Part shown: positions 1 to 10,263 of the stretch, in pieces
Layout of the letters: each line of letters begins with the position of its first letter
Numbering within the stretch: position 1 is the first letter of the stretch
DNA from: an uncultured delta proteobacterium
GTDB lineage: Bacteria > Myxococcota > UBA727 > VGSZ01
DNA length: 64,000 nucleotides
Assembly (NCBI GenBank): GCA_963775425.1
Contig: CAVZJB010000013.1
Location: forward strand, 32,001 to 96,000
Direction of reading: 5' to 3'
Program-made: the position numbers and the translations under genes
The notes under the pieces: model-generated
Databases searched by the model: none
Told to the model about the DNA's origin: nothing
Seen by the model: only the letters and a program-made list of their open reading frames with translations

Positions 1-24
1 GATCCTCAGGAGATCCAGGGATGA
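1..24 (+). CDS. 3' end of an upstream gene, possibly NuoK (partial)
   Basis: Frame 1 reads DPQEIQG*; its TGA overlaps the nuoL ATG (ATGA coupling). The position and ending resemble nuoK, but only 7 codons are visible. Confidence 0.3.
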   Translation, partial: DPQEIQG

Positions 25-2036
25 TCCACGACGTCCTCGCCTGGTCCTTCCTCCTCCCCCTCGTCACGCTGCTGTTGTCGGCGTCGGGGCTCCCCGGCCG
101 CGCCGGCGCGCTGTCGTGGCTGTCGCCCGCCGTCATCTTCGGCCTCGCGCTCGCCTGCCTGCTCGCCGGCGATCTCCACGGCAACGACGTCGTCGTCGCC
201 GGCTGGGTGCCGTTCCTCCCCGACACCGCGTTCCGCCTCCACGTCGACGCCCTCGCCGACGTCATGCTCCTCGTCGTCGGCGGCGTGTCGACGTGCGTGT
301 ACGTGTACTCGCTCGGCTACATGAAGGACGACGAGCGGCCCCACCGCTTCTTCGCCTTCCTCGACTTCTTCGTCGCGTCCATGGTGCTGCTCGTCGTCGC
401 CGGCAACCTCGGCGTGCTCCTCATCGGTTGGACGGGCGTCGGCGTCGCGTCGTTTCTCCTCATCTCCTTTTGGTGGCAGCGCGGGGAGCCCCTGCAGGCG
501 GGCTTCCTCGCCCTCGGCGCGAACGCCATCGGCGACGCCGCGCTCCTCGTCGCCGTCGTCCTCATCCCCAAGGGCGCCGGCAACCTCGCCGGGCTCGGCG
601 GCATGGACATGTCGTCGGTGCCCGGCGGCGGCGCCACCATCGCCTGGTGCCTCGTCATCGCCGCCTGCGCCAAGAGCGCGCAGGGGCCGCTTTGGTGGTG
701 GCTGCCCTCGGCCATGGCCGGCCCCACGCCGGTGTCGGCCCTCATCCACGCCGCCACCATGGTCGCCGCCGGCGTCTATCTGCTCGTGCGCACCTCGGGC
801 CTGCTCATGCACTCCGACGTCGTCATGTGGAACATCACGCTCATCGGCCTGTGCACGGCCATCGGCGGCGGCGTCGCGTCTTTGTGGCAGACCAACTTCA
901 AGCGCGGCCTCGCGTACTCCACGGTCTCGCAGCTCGGCTGGATGTTCACGGCCATCGGCGTCGGTGCGCCCCTCGCGGCGCTCTTCCACCTCATCACGCA
1001 CGCGAGCTTCAAGGCCATGCTCTTCCTGTCCGCGGGCACCGTCATCGCGGCCACCCACCACGAGGAGGACATCCGCAAGATGGGCGGCCTGCGCAAGAAG
1101 CTGCCCATGGCGCACGCCTACTTCGTGCTCGGCACGCTCTCGCTCATCGGAGCGCCGTTCATCACCGCGGGCGCGTTCTCCAAGGACGCCATGCTGCAGG
1201 GCGCGCTGTCGTCGCAGTGGCCGTTCATCGGCTGGATCCTGCTGGTGTCGACGGTGATCACCGGCGCCTACGCCGGCCGCCTGTTGTTCGGCGCCTTCTA
1301 CGGCCCCGAGGGCGAAGCGGTGAAGCACGCGCACGCCCCGGGCGCCTTGTTCGATTGGCCGCTGCTGCCGCTCGCCGCCGGCGCCGTCGCGCTCGGCTGG
1401 GTCCAGGCGCAGACCCACGCGCTGTCGCGCTTGCTCGGCGGCGAGATCGACGCGGACCTCCCCCACGACGGCATGGCCTGGGGCGTGATGGCCGGCGCGT
1501 TCGCCGCCGGCCTCGTCGGCGTCGGCATCGGCGCCCTCATCGCGCGCACGCGCACCAAGTGCCTGCCGGCGCCGCCGCAGGCGCTCACGGGCGCGCTGCT
1601 CGGCGAGCTCAAGGCCATGCCCGACAGCTTCGCCTCCATCCACGACGGCCGCGTCGGGCGCTATGCGCTCATCGGCCTCGTCGGCACGGCCCTCATCGTC
1701 TACCTGGCGCAGCGGCCGCCGTCGGTGGCGCCCGCGGGCGACCGCGCCGCGGTGGGCATGAAGGCCCCGGAGCGCGAGCGCCCGCAGAAGAAGAAGCCGC
1801 GGGCCATCGACCCGCGCCAGGCCAAGGCCAAGGCCATCGAGCGCCTGCAGAACATGCTCCACGCGCGCACGCCCGCCGAGCTCAAGCGCCGCCTCGAGCA
1901 GCAGCGCAAGCACGCCGAGGAGCACGGCAAGGACCCGTCGAAGCTCGACGCCGGCGGCAACCCCCGCCGCGGGCCCGGCAAGCTCGTCCCGGTGCAGCCC
2001 AAGAAGCCCGGCGGAGACCAGGGGAGGACGCCATGA
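21..2036 (+). CDS. nuoL: NADH-quinone oxidoreductase subunit L-like antiporter subunit (atypical)
   Basis: Polytopic membrane protein with KSAQ.P...WLP.AMAGPTPVSALIHAATMV, LAYSTVSQLG, HASFKAMLFL.AG.VI and EEDIRKMGGL motifs. Confidence 0.88.
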   Translation: MIHDVLAWSFLLPLVTLLLSASGLPGRAGALSWLSPAVIFGLALACLLAGDLHGNDVVVAGWVPFLPDTAFRLHVDALADVMLLVVGGVSTCVYVYSLGYMKDDERPHRFFAFLDFFVASMVLLVVAGNLGVLLIGWTGVGVASFLLISFWWQRGEPLQAGFLALGANAIGDAALLVAVVLIPKGAGNLAGLGGMDMSSVPGGGATIAWCLVIAACAKSAQGPLWWWLPSAMAGPTPVSALIHAATMVAAGVYLLVRTSGLLMHSDVVMWNITLIGLCTAIGGGVASLWQTNFKRGLAYSTVSQLGWMFTAIGVGAPLAALFHLITHASFKAMLFLSAGTVIAATHHEEDIRKMGGLRKKLPMAHAYFVLGTLSLIGAPFITAGAFSKDAMLQGALSSQWPFIGWILLVSTVITGAYAGRLLFGAFYGPEGEAVKHAHAPGALFDWPLLPLAAGAVALGWVQAQTHALSRLLGGEIDADLPHDGMAWGVMAGAFAAGLVGVGIGALIARTRTKCLPAPPQALTGALLGELKAMPDSFASIHDGRVGRYALIGLVGTALIVYLAQRPPSVAPAGDRAAVGMKAPERERPQKKKPRAIDPRQAKAKAIERLQNMLHARTPAELKRRLEQQRKHAEEHGKDPSKLDAGGNPRRGPGKLVPVQPKKPGGDQGRTP

Positions 2037-3346
2037 CGCTCTTGAGCTGGGTCGAGCGCGCCGAGCTGCTGCTCGTCGTCGTCGCCCTCGCGCTCCTCGT
2101 GTTCGCGCCGCGCCTGGAGCGGCTCCCCTTCGTCACCGCGGGCGTCGGCCTCGTCGGCGCCGCCGTCGCCATCGGCTGCGGCGTGCTCGCGGGCGGCGCC
2201 GAGCGCTTCGCCCTCGTCGTCGCCGGCGGCTGCGTCGCCGCCGCCATGCTGCTCCTGCACGCGGCCGAGATGTTCGACGACCGCCAACGCCCCGAGGCCG
2301 CGGCCCTCGTCGTCATCGGCGGCATCGGCGCCGTGGTGCTCGCGACGGGCGCGACGCTCCTCGAGCTCGCCGTCGGCGTGGAGATGCTCTCGCTCACCGC
2401 GGCCGCGCTCGTCGCCCTGGGCCACGGCCAGCGGCCGCTCGAGGCCGGCTTCAAGTACTTCGTGCTCACGGCGGTGACGTTCGCCACGTTCCTCTTCGGC
2501 ATGGCGCTCGTGTTCGTGGGCACGGGCTCGCTCGCGCTGCCCGGCCCGGGCTCGGCGTCGCACGGCATGCAGCTCGTCGTCGCCGCCGGCGCCGGCCTCA
2601 TGGTCATCGGCCTCGCGTTCAAGCTCGCCGTCATCCCCGTGCACTTCGGCGCGCTCGACGCGTACACCGCGGGGCCTTCGAGCTTCGTCGGCTTCATCAT
2701 GGTCGCGTCCAAGCTCGGCGCGGCGTTGGCGTTGCTCCGCCTTGCCACGGCCATGGGCGCGTCCATCGAGTCGCTCTTGATGGGCATCGGCATCGGCACC
2801 ATCGCCTTCGGCGTCGTCGCCAGCTTCGCCCAGACCGATCTGCGGCGCCTGCTCGCCTACTCGGCCGTCGCGCACGCCGGCTTCCTCGCGCTCGGCGCCG
2901 GCAGCCACGCGCCCGACGCCGTTCGCTTCTACATCGTCGCCTACGGCAGCGCGGCGCTGTTGTGCTTCGCCGCCCTCGCCGGCACCGGCACCGGCGGCTT
3001 CCCGATCACCGCGCTCGGCGGCGCGCGCGGCCTCGGGCGCGGGCGCTCGCTCGCGCTGCTCCTCGGCCTCTTGTCGCTCGCGGGCGTCCCGCCCACGCCG
3101 GGCTTCTTCGCCAAGCTCGCGGTGCTCTCCGCGGCTTTCCATACGTGGGGAACGCTCGCCACCGCCATCGCAGCCCTGGGCGGCGTCGTCGGCGTCATCT
3201 ACTACCTGAGGCCCATGCCCGACCTGTTGGCGTCGACGACGACCAAGGAGCACGACGGCGGCGGCCTCTCCGCTGCCTTGTGGGTCGTCATCGTCGTCGC
3301 GATCGGCATCGCCCCCGCCCTGATCTGGAAGCTCTCGCACTTCTGA
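2033..3346 (+). CDS. nuoN: NADH-quinone oxidoreductase subunit N
   Basis: GGAGG RBS and ATG at 2033 overlapping the nuoL stop; motifs GVEMLSL, EAGFKYF, FKLAVIPVHF, RLLAYSAVAHAG, LAGVPPTPGFFAK. Confidence 0.88.
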   Translation: MTLLSWVERAELLLVVVALALLVFAPRLERLPFVTAGVGLVGAAVAIGCGVLAGGAERFALVVAGGCVAAAMLLLHAAEMFDDRQRPEAAALVVIGGIGAVVLATGATLLELAVGVEMLSLTAAALVALGHGQRPLEAGFKYFVLTAVTFATFLFGMALVFVGTGSLALPGPGSASHGMQLVVAAGAGLMVIGLAFKLAVIPVHFGALDAYTAGPSSFVGFIMVASKLGAALALLRLATAMGASIESLLMGIGIGTIAFGVVASFAQTDLRRLLAYSAVAHAGFLALGAGSHAPDAVRFYIVAYGSAALLCFAALAGTGTGGFPITALGGARGLGRGRSLALLLGLLSLAGVPPTPGFFAKLAVLSAAFHTWGTLATAIAALGGVVGVIYYLRPMPDLLASTTTKEHDGGGLSAALWVVIVVAIGIAPALIWKLSHF

Positions 3347-3406
3347 GCCACTCCGTCTGTTCCCCTACCAGAACAGGTGCGCGTCAGGCCGGTGTACGAT
3401 CGGCGG

Positions 3407-5800
3407 ATGCGCCTCCGTCACGCCATCTCGTCGATGTTCGCGCTCTTCGCGTTCTTCGCCCCGGTCTGCGTCTCCGGCAACGCTCGCGCCGCGACCATCA
3501 CGGTGACGTCTGCCGACGGCGGCGCCACGGTGGACGGCGCGTGCTCGCTCCTCGAGGCCGTCAGCGCCGCCGCCAGTGACGCCGCCGTCGACGGCTGCGA
3601 CGCAGGCAACGGCATCGACGAGATCGTGTTTGATCCTTCGCTCGCCGGCGCGAGCATCGCCCTGTCGAGCTCGCTGTCCACGTCTCAGGCGGTCACCATC
3701 GACGGCAGCGCCGCGCCCGGGGTGAGCATCTCGTTTTCGCCGCAGTTCGCCGGCGTCCGCAACAGCGCGGCGCTCACGCTGCGCGGGCTCACGTTCGCCG
3801 GGAGCGCCGTCGACGGGCCGCTGATCGAGCCGAGCGCCGCGCTCACCCTCGACACTGTCGCCATCATCAACAACAGCGTGCAGTTCGGCGCGCTCATCGC
3901 GCCCGCAAGCTCGAGGGCGTCGCTCAACCTCACCGACGTCACCATCGAGGACGACACGCTCGGCTCGGACCCCGCGCTCACCTGGACCGACGGCGGCGCG
4001 CTCACCGCAGACCGCGTCGCCTTCCGGCGCCTGACCGGCGTGGCGCTGGATGTGGCGTCGAGCGGCCTGAGCCCCAACGCCGCCCTGCGCGACATCATCG
4101 TCGAGGACGTCGCCGCCGTCGGTGACGACGTCGTCGCCCACGTCGCCGGCGGCACGGTCGAGGGCTTCACGGCGACCAACGTCACGACGGGGTCCACCGG
4201 GATCGCGTTGAGCTTCGAGGCGAGCAACCTCGGCACCATCCAGGTCACCGACCTCACCGTCGACGGCTGCGCCGGCGCGTCCTGCGTGCTGTTCGACGGC
4301 GCCGGCTCCATCACCAGCGTGCTCACGCGTCCGACGGTGACCAACTCCGCCGCCACGACCGCGATCACGTTGGACGTCTCGAGCGGCATCGTCCGCGTCG
4401 TCGACGCCGACATCGACAGCTCCGCCGGCGGGCTCGTCGCCGTCAACAACGGCGGCTCCGGGCGCATGGAGGTGGAGGGGCTTTTCCAGCGCGACGTCGG
4501 CGACGCCGGGCGGACGACGTCGACGCTGGTGCTGCGGGCCGACGGCGCGGGCACCACGGTGATCGCGAGCAACATCACGGTCGAGCGCAACGTCATCTCG
4601 ACGAGCGCCCTCGTGCCCACCGTGGAGATCAACGCGGCGGGGTCGCTCGGCACCCTCAAGGTCGACGACATCGACGTCATCGACTCCGAGGGGCCCGAGC
4701 CACTGGAGGTGCTCGGGAGCGAGATCGGCAACGTCACCGTGACCCGCGCGTCCGTCGTGGGGACGACGGGCGGGGCGCACGCGCTGCGCGTGAGGACGAC
4801 GGGGAGCGGCATCGCGACGGTCGCGCGCATGCTCGTCGAGGACAACGCGGTGACCGGGGCGCAGGTGAGCGTGGAAGGCGGCACGGTGACGGTCACCGAG
4901 GCCGTCGTCGTCGGCGGCGACGCGGTGTCGATCGCCGCGGGCCGCGTGCGCAACACCACCATCGCGCTCGCGGACACCGGCATCACGTGCACCGGCGCGG
5001 GGTCACCGCGGATCGAGAATGATCTCATCGGTGACGACGTCGTGACGGCGAGCTCCGGCTGCGGCGCGCTCACCGGGAGCGGCAACGTCATCGGCGTCGA
5101 CCCGCTCTACCTCGCCCCTTCTCTCGTCGGCGGCGACTTCCACACGGGGGACGGCTCGCCCGCCATCGACGCCGGCGTGGTTCCCTCGTTCCCCGCCCTC
5201 TCCACCGTCGACTTCGACGGCAACCCCCGCGTCCAGGGCAACGCCGTCGACAGCGGCGCGTTCGAGCACCCCGACCCCGCCGGCGAAGGCGAAGGCGAGG
5301 GAGAGGGAGAAGGCGAGGGAGAAGGCGAGGGAGAGGGCGAAGGCGAGGGAGAGGGCGAGGGAGAGGGCGAGGGCGAAGGCGAGGGAGAAGGCGAGGGCGA
5401 AGGCGAAGGCGAGGGCGAGGGAGAAGGCGAAGGAGAAGGCGAAGGAGAAGGTGACGTCGGCGAGGGAGAGGGCGAGGGAGAAGGTGACGTCGGCGAGGGA
5501 GAGGGCGAGGGAGAAGGCGAGGGCGAGGGAGAGGGCGAGGGCGAGGGAGAAGGCGAAGGAGAAGGCGAAGGAGAAGGCGACGTCGGCGAGGGAGAGGGCG
5601 AGGGAGAAGGTGACGTCGGCGAGGGAGAGGGCGAAGGCGACGCCGGCGAGGGAGAGGGCGAGGGAGGCGGCGCGGCGCCGCCCGGGTGCGGCTGCGGCGC
5701 GACCTCGGGGGACGGCGGCGCGCTGTTCTTCTTCCTCGCGGCTCTCGCGCTGCGGCCCGGCCGGCGCGTTTGCGGAAGGCGGCGCGCGAAGGAGCTCTGA
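3407..5800 (+). CDS. Secreted beta-helix surface protein with CSLREA-like and choice-of-anchor Q-like regions, (GE)n linker and MYXO-CTERM-like sorting signal
   Basis: Signal peptide ending NARA; [10 protein letters not shown]; GSPAIDAG...DFDGNPR...DSGAFE; long GE tract; GCGCGA + hydrophobic helix + basic tail. Confidence 0.8.
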   Translation: MRLRHAISSMFALFAFFAPVCVSGNARAATITVTSADGGATVDGACSLLEAVSAAASDAAVDGCDAGNGIDEIVFDPSLAGASIALSSSLSTSQAVTIDGSAAPGVSISFSPQFAGVRNSAALTLRGLTFAGSAVDGPLIEPSAALTLDTVAIINNSVQFGALIAPASSRASLNLTDVTIEDDTLGSDPALTWTDGGALTADRVAFRRLTGVALDVASSGLSPNAALRDIIVEDVAAVGDDVVAHVAGGTVEGFTATNVTTGSTGIALSFEASNLGTIQVTDLTVDGCAGASCVLFDGAGSITSVLTRPTVTNSAATTAITLDVSSGIVRVVDADIDSSAGGLVAVNNGGSGRMEVEGLFQRDVGDAGRTTSTLVLRADGAGTTVIASNITVERNVISTSALVPTVEINAAGSLGTLKVDDIDVIDSEGPEPLEVLGSEIGNVTVTRASVVGTTGGAHALRVRTTGSGIATVARMLVEDNAVTGAQVSVEGGTVTVTEAVVVGGDAVSIAAGRVRNTTIALADTGITCTGAGSPRIENDLIGDDVVTASSGCGALTGSGNVIGVDPLYLAPSLVGGDFHTGDGSPAIDAGVVPSFPALSTVDFDGNPRVQGNAVDSGAFEHPDPAGEGEGEGEGEGEGEGEGEGEGEGEGEGEGEGEGEGEGEGEGEGEGEGEGEGEGEGEGDVGEGEGEGEGDVGEGEGEGEGEGEGEGEGEGEGEGEGEGEGDVGEGEGEGEGDVGEGEGEGDAGEGEGEGGGAAPPGCGCGATSGDGGALFFFLAALALRPGRRVCGRRRAKEL
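5282..5665 (+). repeat. (Gly-Glu)n coding tandem repeat (GGN GAR), interrupted by DV/DA
   Basis: Directly visible hexamer repeat of about 380 bp. Confidence 0.95.
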
Positions 5801-5845
5801 GCGTGCGGTCGGCGAGCGGCGTCGTCGCGGGGCTCTCGTCGAGGT

Positions 5846-5876
5846 CGCAGACGCGGGGACAAGCCCCCGCCCTGCG
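5846..5876. repeat. REP-like hairpin (GTAG-type, degenerate copy)
   Basis: GCGGGG-ACAAGC-CCCCGC stem-loop; the core GGACAAGCCCCCGCCCT(G/A)CGG is shared with 30658-30679. Confidence 0.6.
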
Positions 5877-5877
5877 G

Positions 5878-5976
5878 TTCGTCGCATCCGACGTCGTGAA
5901 TGGGTCGTCGCAGCCGACGTCGTGAACAGGTCGTCGCAGCCGACGTCGCGAACGGGTCGTCGCAGCCGACGTCGCG
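5878..5976. repeat. Intergenic 26-bp tandem repeat, about 3.8 copies
   Basis: Unit GTCGTCGCAGCCGACGTCG(T/C)GAACGG starting at 5878, 5904, 5930 and 5956. Confidence 0.9.
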
Positions 5977-6083
5977 CGTCGCTACGGGCGTGCGGCGGCG
6001 TACGCGGCGAGCTTCGGAATCATCCAGGCGGCAACGATGGCCGCGCCGCGCCTCGCGGAGAGCACACGCGCTACGATGGGCCT

Positions 6084-6800
6084 GTGGTCGACCCGCTCGA
6101 AGAAGACACCAGCGACGGCCTCGAAAAGACCGAGGAGGCCACCGAGGTCGGCGAAGTCCCCACCGTCTCGGGGGCGCCGCCGCCCAAGCCGCTCAGCTTC
6201 ACCCGCGGGATGAACATCCGCGCGGCCACCGGCTGGGTGCGCGACCGCTATGGCGAGGGTGGCGTCTCAGCGCTCGCCCGCTCGCTCCCGCTCGACGTCG
6301 TCGGCGAGCTCGGCGGGCCGTCACTCAAACCGTCGCCGACGTCGTGGACGCCGTTCCTCGCGCACGCGCAACAGCTCGAGCACATCGACGCCATCTTCGG
6401 CGACGGCGACCTCGAGCTCCTCCGCGAGGTCGGACGCGGCATGGCGAAGCGCGACTTCCCCGCCATCGCGCGCCCCATCGCCGCTCTGCTGAGCCCCGGG
6501 TTCTTCCTCGACATGGCGACGAAGATCTGGGGCCTCTACCACACGCACGGGAGCTGGGAGATCTCGCGCGGAGACCGTGAGATCCAGGGGCTCCTCGTCA
6601 ACCGCCCTGAGAACCACCCCGCGTTCTGCATGGCGATGCGCGGCTGGGTCGAGGGCGCCTTGATGTTCTGCGGCGCCGTCGACGTCGACACCCAGGAGGA
6701 GCGCTGCGCCGCCCAGGGCGCGCCGCTGTGCAGCTTGCGGATGACCTGGCGTGAAAAGCGCGACGGCGCGCGCGACCGACGACCGCGCCCGCCGACCTGA
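6084..6800 (+). CDS. V4R / H-NOX-like ligand-binding protein (myxobacterial type)
   Basis: C-terminal FC...GW.EGAL...EERC...G...C pattern typical of V4R folds; start uncertain (GTG 6084 or ATG 6209). Confidence 0.6.
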   Translation: MVDPLEEDTSDGLEKTEEATEVGEVPTVSGAPPPKPLSFTRGMNIRAATGWVRDRYGEGGVSALARSLPLDVVGELGGPSLKPSPTSWTPFLAHAQQLEHIDAIFGDGDLELLREVGRGMAKRDFPAIARPIAALLSPGFFLDMATKIWGLYHTHGSWEISRGDREIQGLLVNRPENHPAFCMAMRGWVEGALMFCGAVDVDTQEERCAAQGAPLCSLRMTWREKRDGARDRRPRPPT

Positions 6801-6805
6801 CGACG

Positions 6806-8158
6806 TCAACGCCCCGCGCGCGCCGCCCGCTCCGTCACCCCGGTGAACGACAGGCAGCCGCTTTGCCCGCAGCTCCGGCCGGCCGCCGAGGGGACGTGAA
6901 AGCGCAGGAGCGACACGGGCGCGCCGGGCTTCACGCCGAACGTGCGCAGCACGCCGTCGGGGTCGCCGCAGGTCGAGGTGCCCGCGGCAGGCACCGCGAG
7001 CTCATAGATGAAGAAGCCGCCGCTCACCGCGCTCGCGCCGTCGTCGTCGAGGACGTCGACGAGCGCGAGCACGTGCTTGTTGCCCCACGCCTTGCCGACC
7101 CTCAGGCGGAGGCAAGGGACGCCGCCCCGTTGTTCGACCGCGGCCTCGACGCACTTGCCCGCGCAGGCGGCGCCGTCGGGGCCGTGCGTGCGAAACGCGG
7201 GGCGGATGGGCATCGGGGCGAAGCGCAGCTCCGCGTGGTGCGACGCGAGCAACGTCCGGTGCCGCATCAAGACGTCGTTGCCGAGGATGCTCTCGTAGGC
7301 CTGGTCGGCGAGGACGGGGCCGACGTCGACGCGCTCGCGGCCGAGCCGAAAGTGGGGGAGGACGTACGCGCCCTTGCTGGCCTTGCCCGTGCCGTCGAAG
7401 CCCGCGATGGCGCGCGCAAAGCGGTGGTCGAGGGGGACCGCGGCAGGGTCGGCGACGACGGGGTCGAGCGTGGAGTGCGGCGCGCCGGTGTCGATGAGCA
7501 TCACCGCCGTGATCCGCCCGCTGTCGTCGAGCGGCAGCGCGGCGAAGGCGCGGTCGCGCACGGAGATCCGCACCACAGAGTCGCGCGCGGTGAGCGTTCC
7601 CTTGCCCGCGGGGAAGACGCCGAGGAGCCCCTCGTCGAGCGCGAACAACAGATCGGTGCTGAAGAGGACCTCGAAGCCGAGGAGGATGTCGCAGTCGGCG
7701 AGGCGGGGCACCACGTCCGCCTCGAGGCCCTCGAGGTGGATGTCGCCGAGCTCGACGGTGCCGAGGTGCACGCGGTAGTGCTCAATCTTCTTGTGATTGA
7801 TGTCGAACGACGTGACCATCCGGTGCGACACCGAGGCGGCGTCGAGGCCGAGGGCGTGCGAAGCCGACGCCGAGATGGTCGTGATGTACGCGCCCGTGTC
7901 GATGATCGCCGTGAGCTCGTGCCCCTGGATGCGCACGGGGAAGCGCAGCCGCAGACCCTGCGAGAGATCGATCGGCAGCCACGCCGCCCCCGGCTTGCGT
8001 CGCGGGAGATCGACGACGTCGCCGCCCGCGTCCATGCGCGGCTCGGCGGCGTGCGGGCGGCGAGCGAGCGGCAGCGGGGACAGCGACGAGGGCGGCGGCG
8101 CGCCCGCGAGCGCGCCGGTCGCAGCCATCAGGACGCACAGCGGCAGAATCCTCGTCAT
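6806..8158 (-). CDS. Secreted retropepsin-like aspartyl protease with two catalytic domains
   Basis: Signal peptide MTRILPLCVLMAATGALA; two IDTGA motifs, each followed by an (I/L)LG motif (DILLGF, SILGND). Confidence 0.85.
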   Translation of the reverse strand: MTRILPLCVLMAATGALAGAPPPSSLSPLPLARRPHAAEPRMDAGGDVVDLPRRKPGAAWLPIDLSQGLRLRFPVRIQGHELTAIIDTGAYITTISASASHALGLDAASVSHRMVTSFDINHKKIEHYRVHLGTVELGDIHLEGLEADVVPRLADCDILLGFEVLFSTDLLFALDEGLLGVFPAGKGTLTARDSVVRISVRDRAFAALPLDDSGRITAVMLIDTGAPHSTLDPVVADPAAVPLDHRFARAIAGFDGTGKASKGAYVLPHFRLGRERVDVGPVLADQAYESILGNDVLMRHRTLLASHHAELRFAPMPIRPAFRTHGPDGAACAGKCVEAAVEQRGGVPCLRLRVGKAWGNKHVLALVDVLDDDGASAVSGGFFIYELAVPAAGTSTCGDPDGVLRTFGVKPGAPVSLLRFHVPSAAGRSCGQSGCLSFTGVTERAARAGR

Positions 8159-8290
8159 CGGCCCCTGAATCGTACCGCGTGATTGCGCTTCACGCACGAC
8201 CGCAGGCGAATGCGGAATTGATTCCCACCGCCCGCGGCGCGTCGCGGACGGGTTTTGACTTCGCCCCTGCGCTCGCCCACCGTCCGCCGC

Positions 8291-10263
8291 ATGCTCCGCG
8301 CGCTCCCGCTCGTCACGCTGATCGTCTCCCAGGCCGCGCTCGCCACGAGCCTCGTCCCCGCGCCGGGGGAGCCGGGCGCCGACGCGGCGCTGCACGCTCT
8401 CGCCGCCGGCTACGAGCGACAGTTCCACACGTTCAACACGCCGCTCGGCGGGGCCGTCGACGCGTTCATCGCCGACCCGGACCACAGGAGCCTCGTCGAG
8501 GCGTTTCTCGCGCAGGACGCGGAGCCGGACTTCCTGTCGTTCACGACGGCGCAGGGAGCGCCGCTCGGCCCCCGTGACGTCGTGGACGCGTACGGCGAGG
8601 TCGGCGACCTCGGCATGTTCGGCGGCGTCGCCGCGGCGGGCGACGCGTTCCGCTACGTGGTGCTGCGCGACGGAGGCGCGCCGGCCGCCGACGTGGACGC
8701 GGCGCGCGCCGACCTGCTCGCGGCCATTGAGATCTTCCACGTGTTCGGCACCATCACGGGCTTCCCCGGCGGCGTCGCGCGCGGGGTCACGCAGGTCGGC
8801 GTCGACGGCGGCACCATCGAGCCGCCAGCGTCGACGTGCCCCGCCGCAAGAGACCGCGACCACGACGCGTGGCGCGCCGACGCCTCCGGGCAGCTCCCCG
8901 GCTGGATTCTGGCTCGACAACAGCAGCAAGGACCAGGTGCTCGGCTACGTGTTCGCGCTCGGCGCGTTCTGGGACGCCGTGGGCGCGGACCCGTCCGTCG
9001 ACGACAGCGTGCGCGCGCGGCTCCAGGCGGACGCCGCCGCGTTCGCGCACGCGCTGATGGAGCCGGTGGACGTCGGCGCGAGCGAGAGCATCGACCTCGT
9101 CATTCGCGACGCCGGCGGCTGCCCCACGTTCTTTCACGATCTGAACCCGCGCGAGATCGTCGACGGGAGCGGGCCCCCCGTCATCCTGCCGGCCGGCACC
9201 AGCACGCCCAACGCCTTCAACGCGCTCGCGGCGCTCGGCGTCATCCGCACGCTCTATCATGTGAGCGGCGACGACGACGTGCGCGCGTATTACTACGACG
9301 AGCTCGTCGGCAACCGCGGCTATGCGGACATGCTCGACCAGGGCCCGGCCCGCCTGAAGAACATGTTCGTCGACGTGTGCGTGCTCGGCTCCTGCTCGGC
9401 CACCAACTTCTCCAACGTCAACATGGCGTTCGTCGCCATCTATCCGTTGCTCCGTTACGAGAGCGATCCGGGGCTGCGGGCGCGCTACCGCGACGTCCTC
9501 GACGGAGAGCTGTGGAACAACGGCAGGTCCACGGGCGGGAGCAGCATCCACCAGCCCTTCTTCAGCCTCATCGAGGCGGGGCTGCGCGCGGGCGCCAGCG
9601 ACGACGCCGCGGCCGACGACGCCGCCGCGGGCCTCGCGGGCTTCCGCACGCCCCCGTACTGGAACGACGCCGTCGTCAACTGCGACGCCGGCGAGCTCGC
9701 CGCCGGCTCCTGCGTCGGCGTCGACGGCACCACCGCCATCACCCTCGACGACGTGCCCGGCCGCGGCGGGGCTCCGGAGGCGGACGCGCCCCTGGCGATG
9801 CCCATCCGTCCGCCGAGCGACTTCACGTGGCGGAGCGATCCGCGCGAGGTCAACGGCGGCGGCGGCAGCAGGCTCAACCCGGGCGGCGACTTCCTCGCCG
9901 CATATTGGCTCGGCCGCCTCCTCGCGCGCAGCGTCGACGACGACGACAACCTCTCGCCCGTCCTCCGCAACCGCGACGGCAGCGGCGGCCCCGCCCTCGG
10001 CGAAGGCGAAGGGCGAGGGCGAGGGCGAGGGCGAAGCCGGCGAAGGCGAAGGCGAGGGCGAAGGCGAAGGCGAGGGCGAAGGCGAAGGCGAAGGAGAAGG
10101 AGAAGGAGAAGGAGAGGGCGAGGGCGACGCCGCGGCCGCCGACGGCTGCACCTGCGGCACGGCCGCGGCGCCCGACGGAGCCGCGGGGCTGGCGCTCGTC
10201 GCCGGGATCGTCGCGCTGCGGCGTCGCCGCGCGGCCGGCTCCGTGAAGCGCCGCGCGAAGTGA
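8291..10263 (+). pseudogene. Secreted surface protein with (GE)n linker and MYXO-CTERM-like tail, interrupted by two +1 frameshifts (pseudogene or sequencing errors)
   Basis: Coding-like sequence runs in frame 2 to about 8908 (LPGWI), frame 3 to about 10011 (WLDNSSKDQ...), then frame 1 (GEGE...DGCTCG, TM, RRRR, stop at 10261). Confidence 0.75.
9999..10125 (+). repeat. (Gly-Glu)n coding repeat
   Basis: GGCGAA/GGCGAG/GGAGAA hexamers. Confidence 0.9.

Noticed and set aside
116-2032. 1,076-aa ORF read as a fusion upstream of nuoN
   Set aside because: The upstream part is off-frame nuoL sequence; the real start is ATG 2033 with its own RBS.
5878-5976. Possible mini-CRISPR array
   Set aside because: Units are contiguous 26-mers with no unique spacers, and there are no cas genes in the window.
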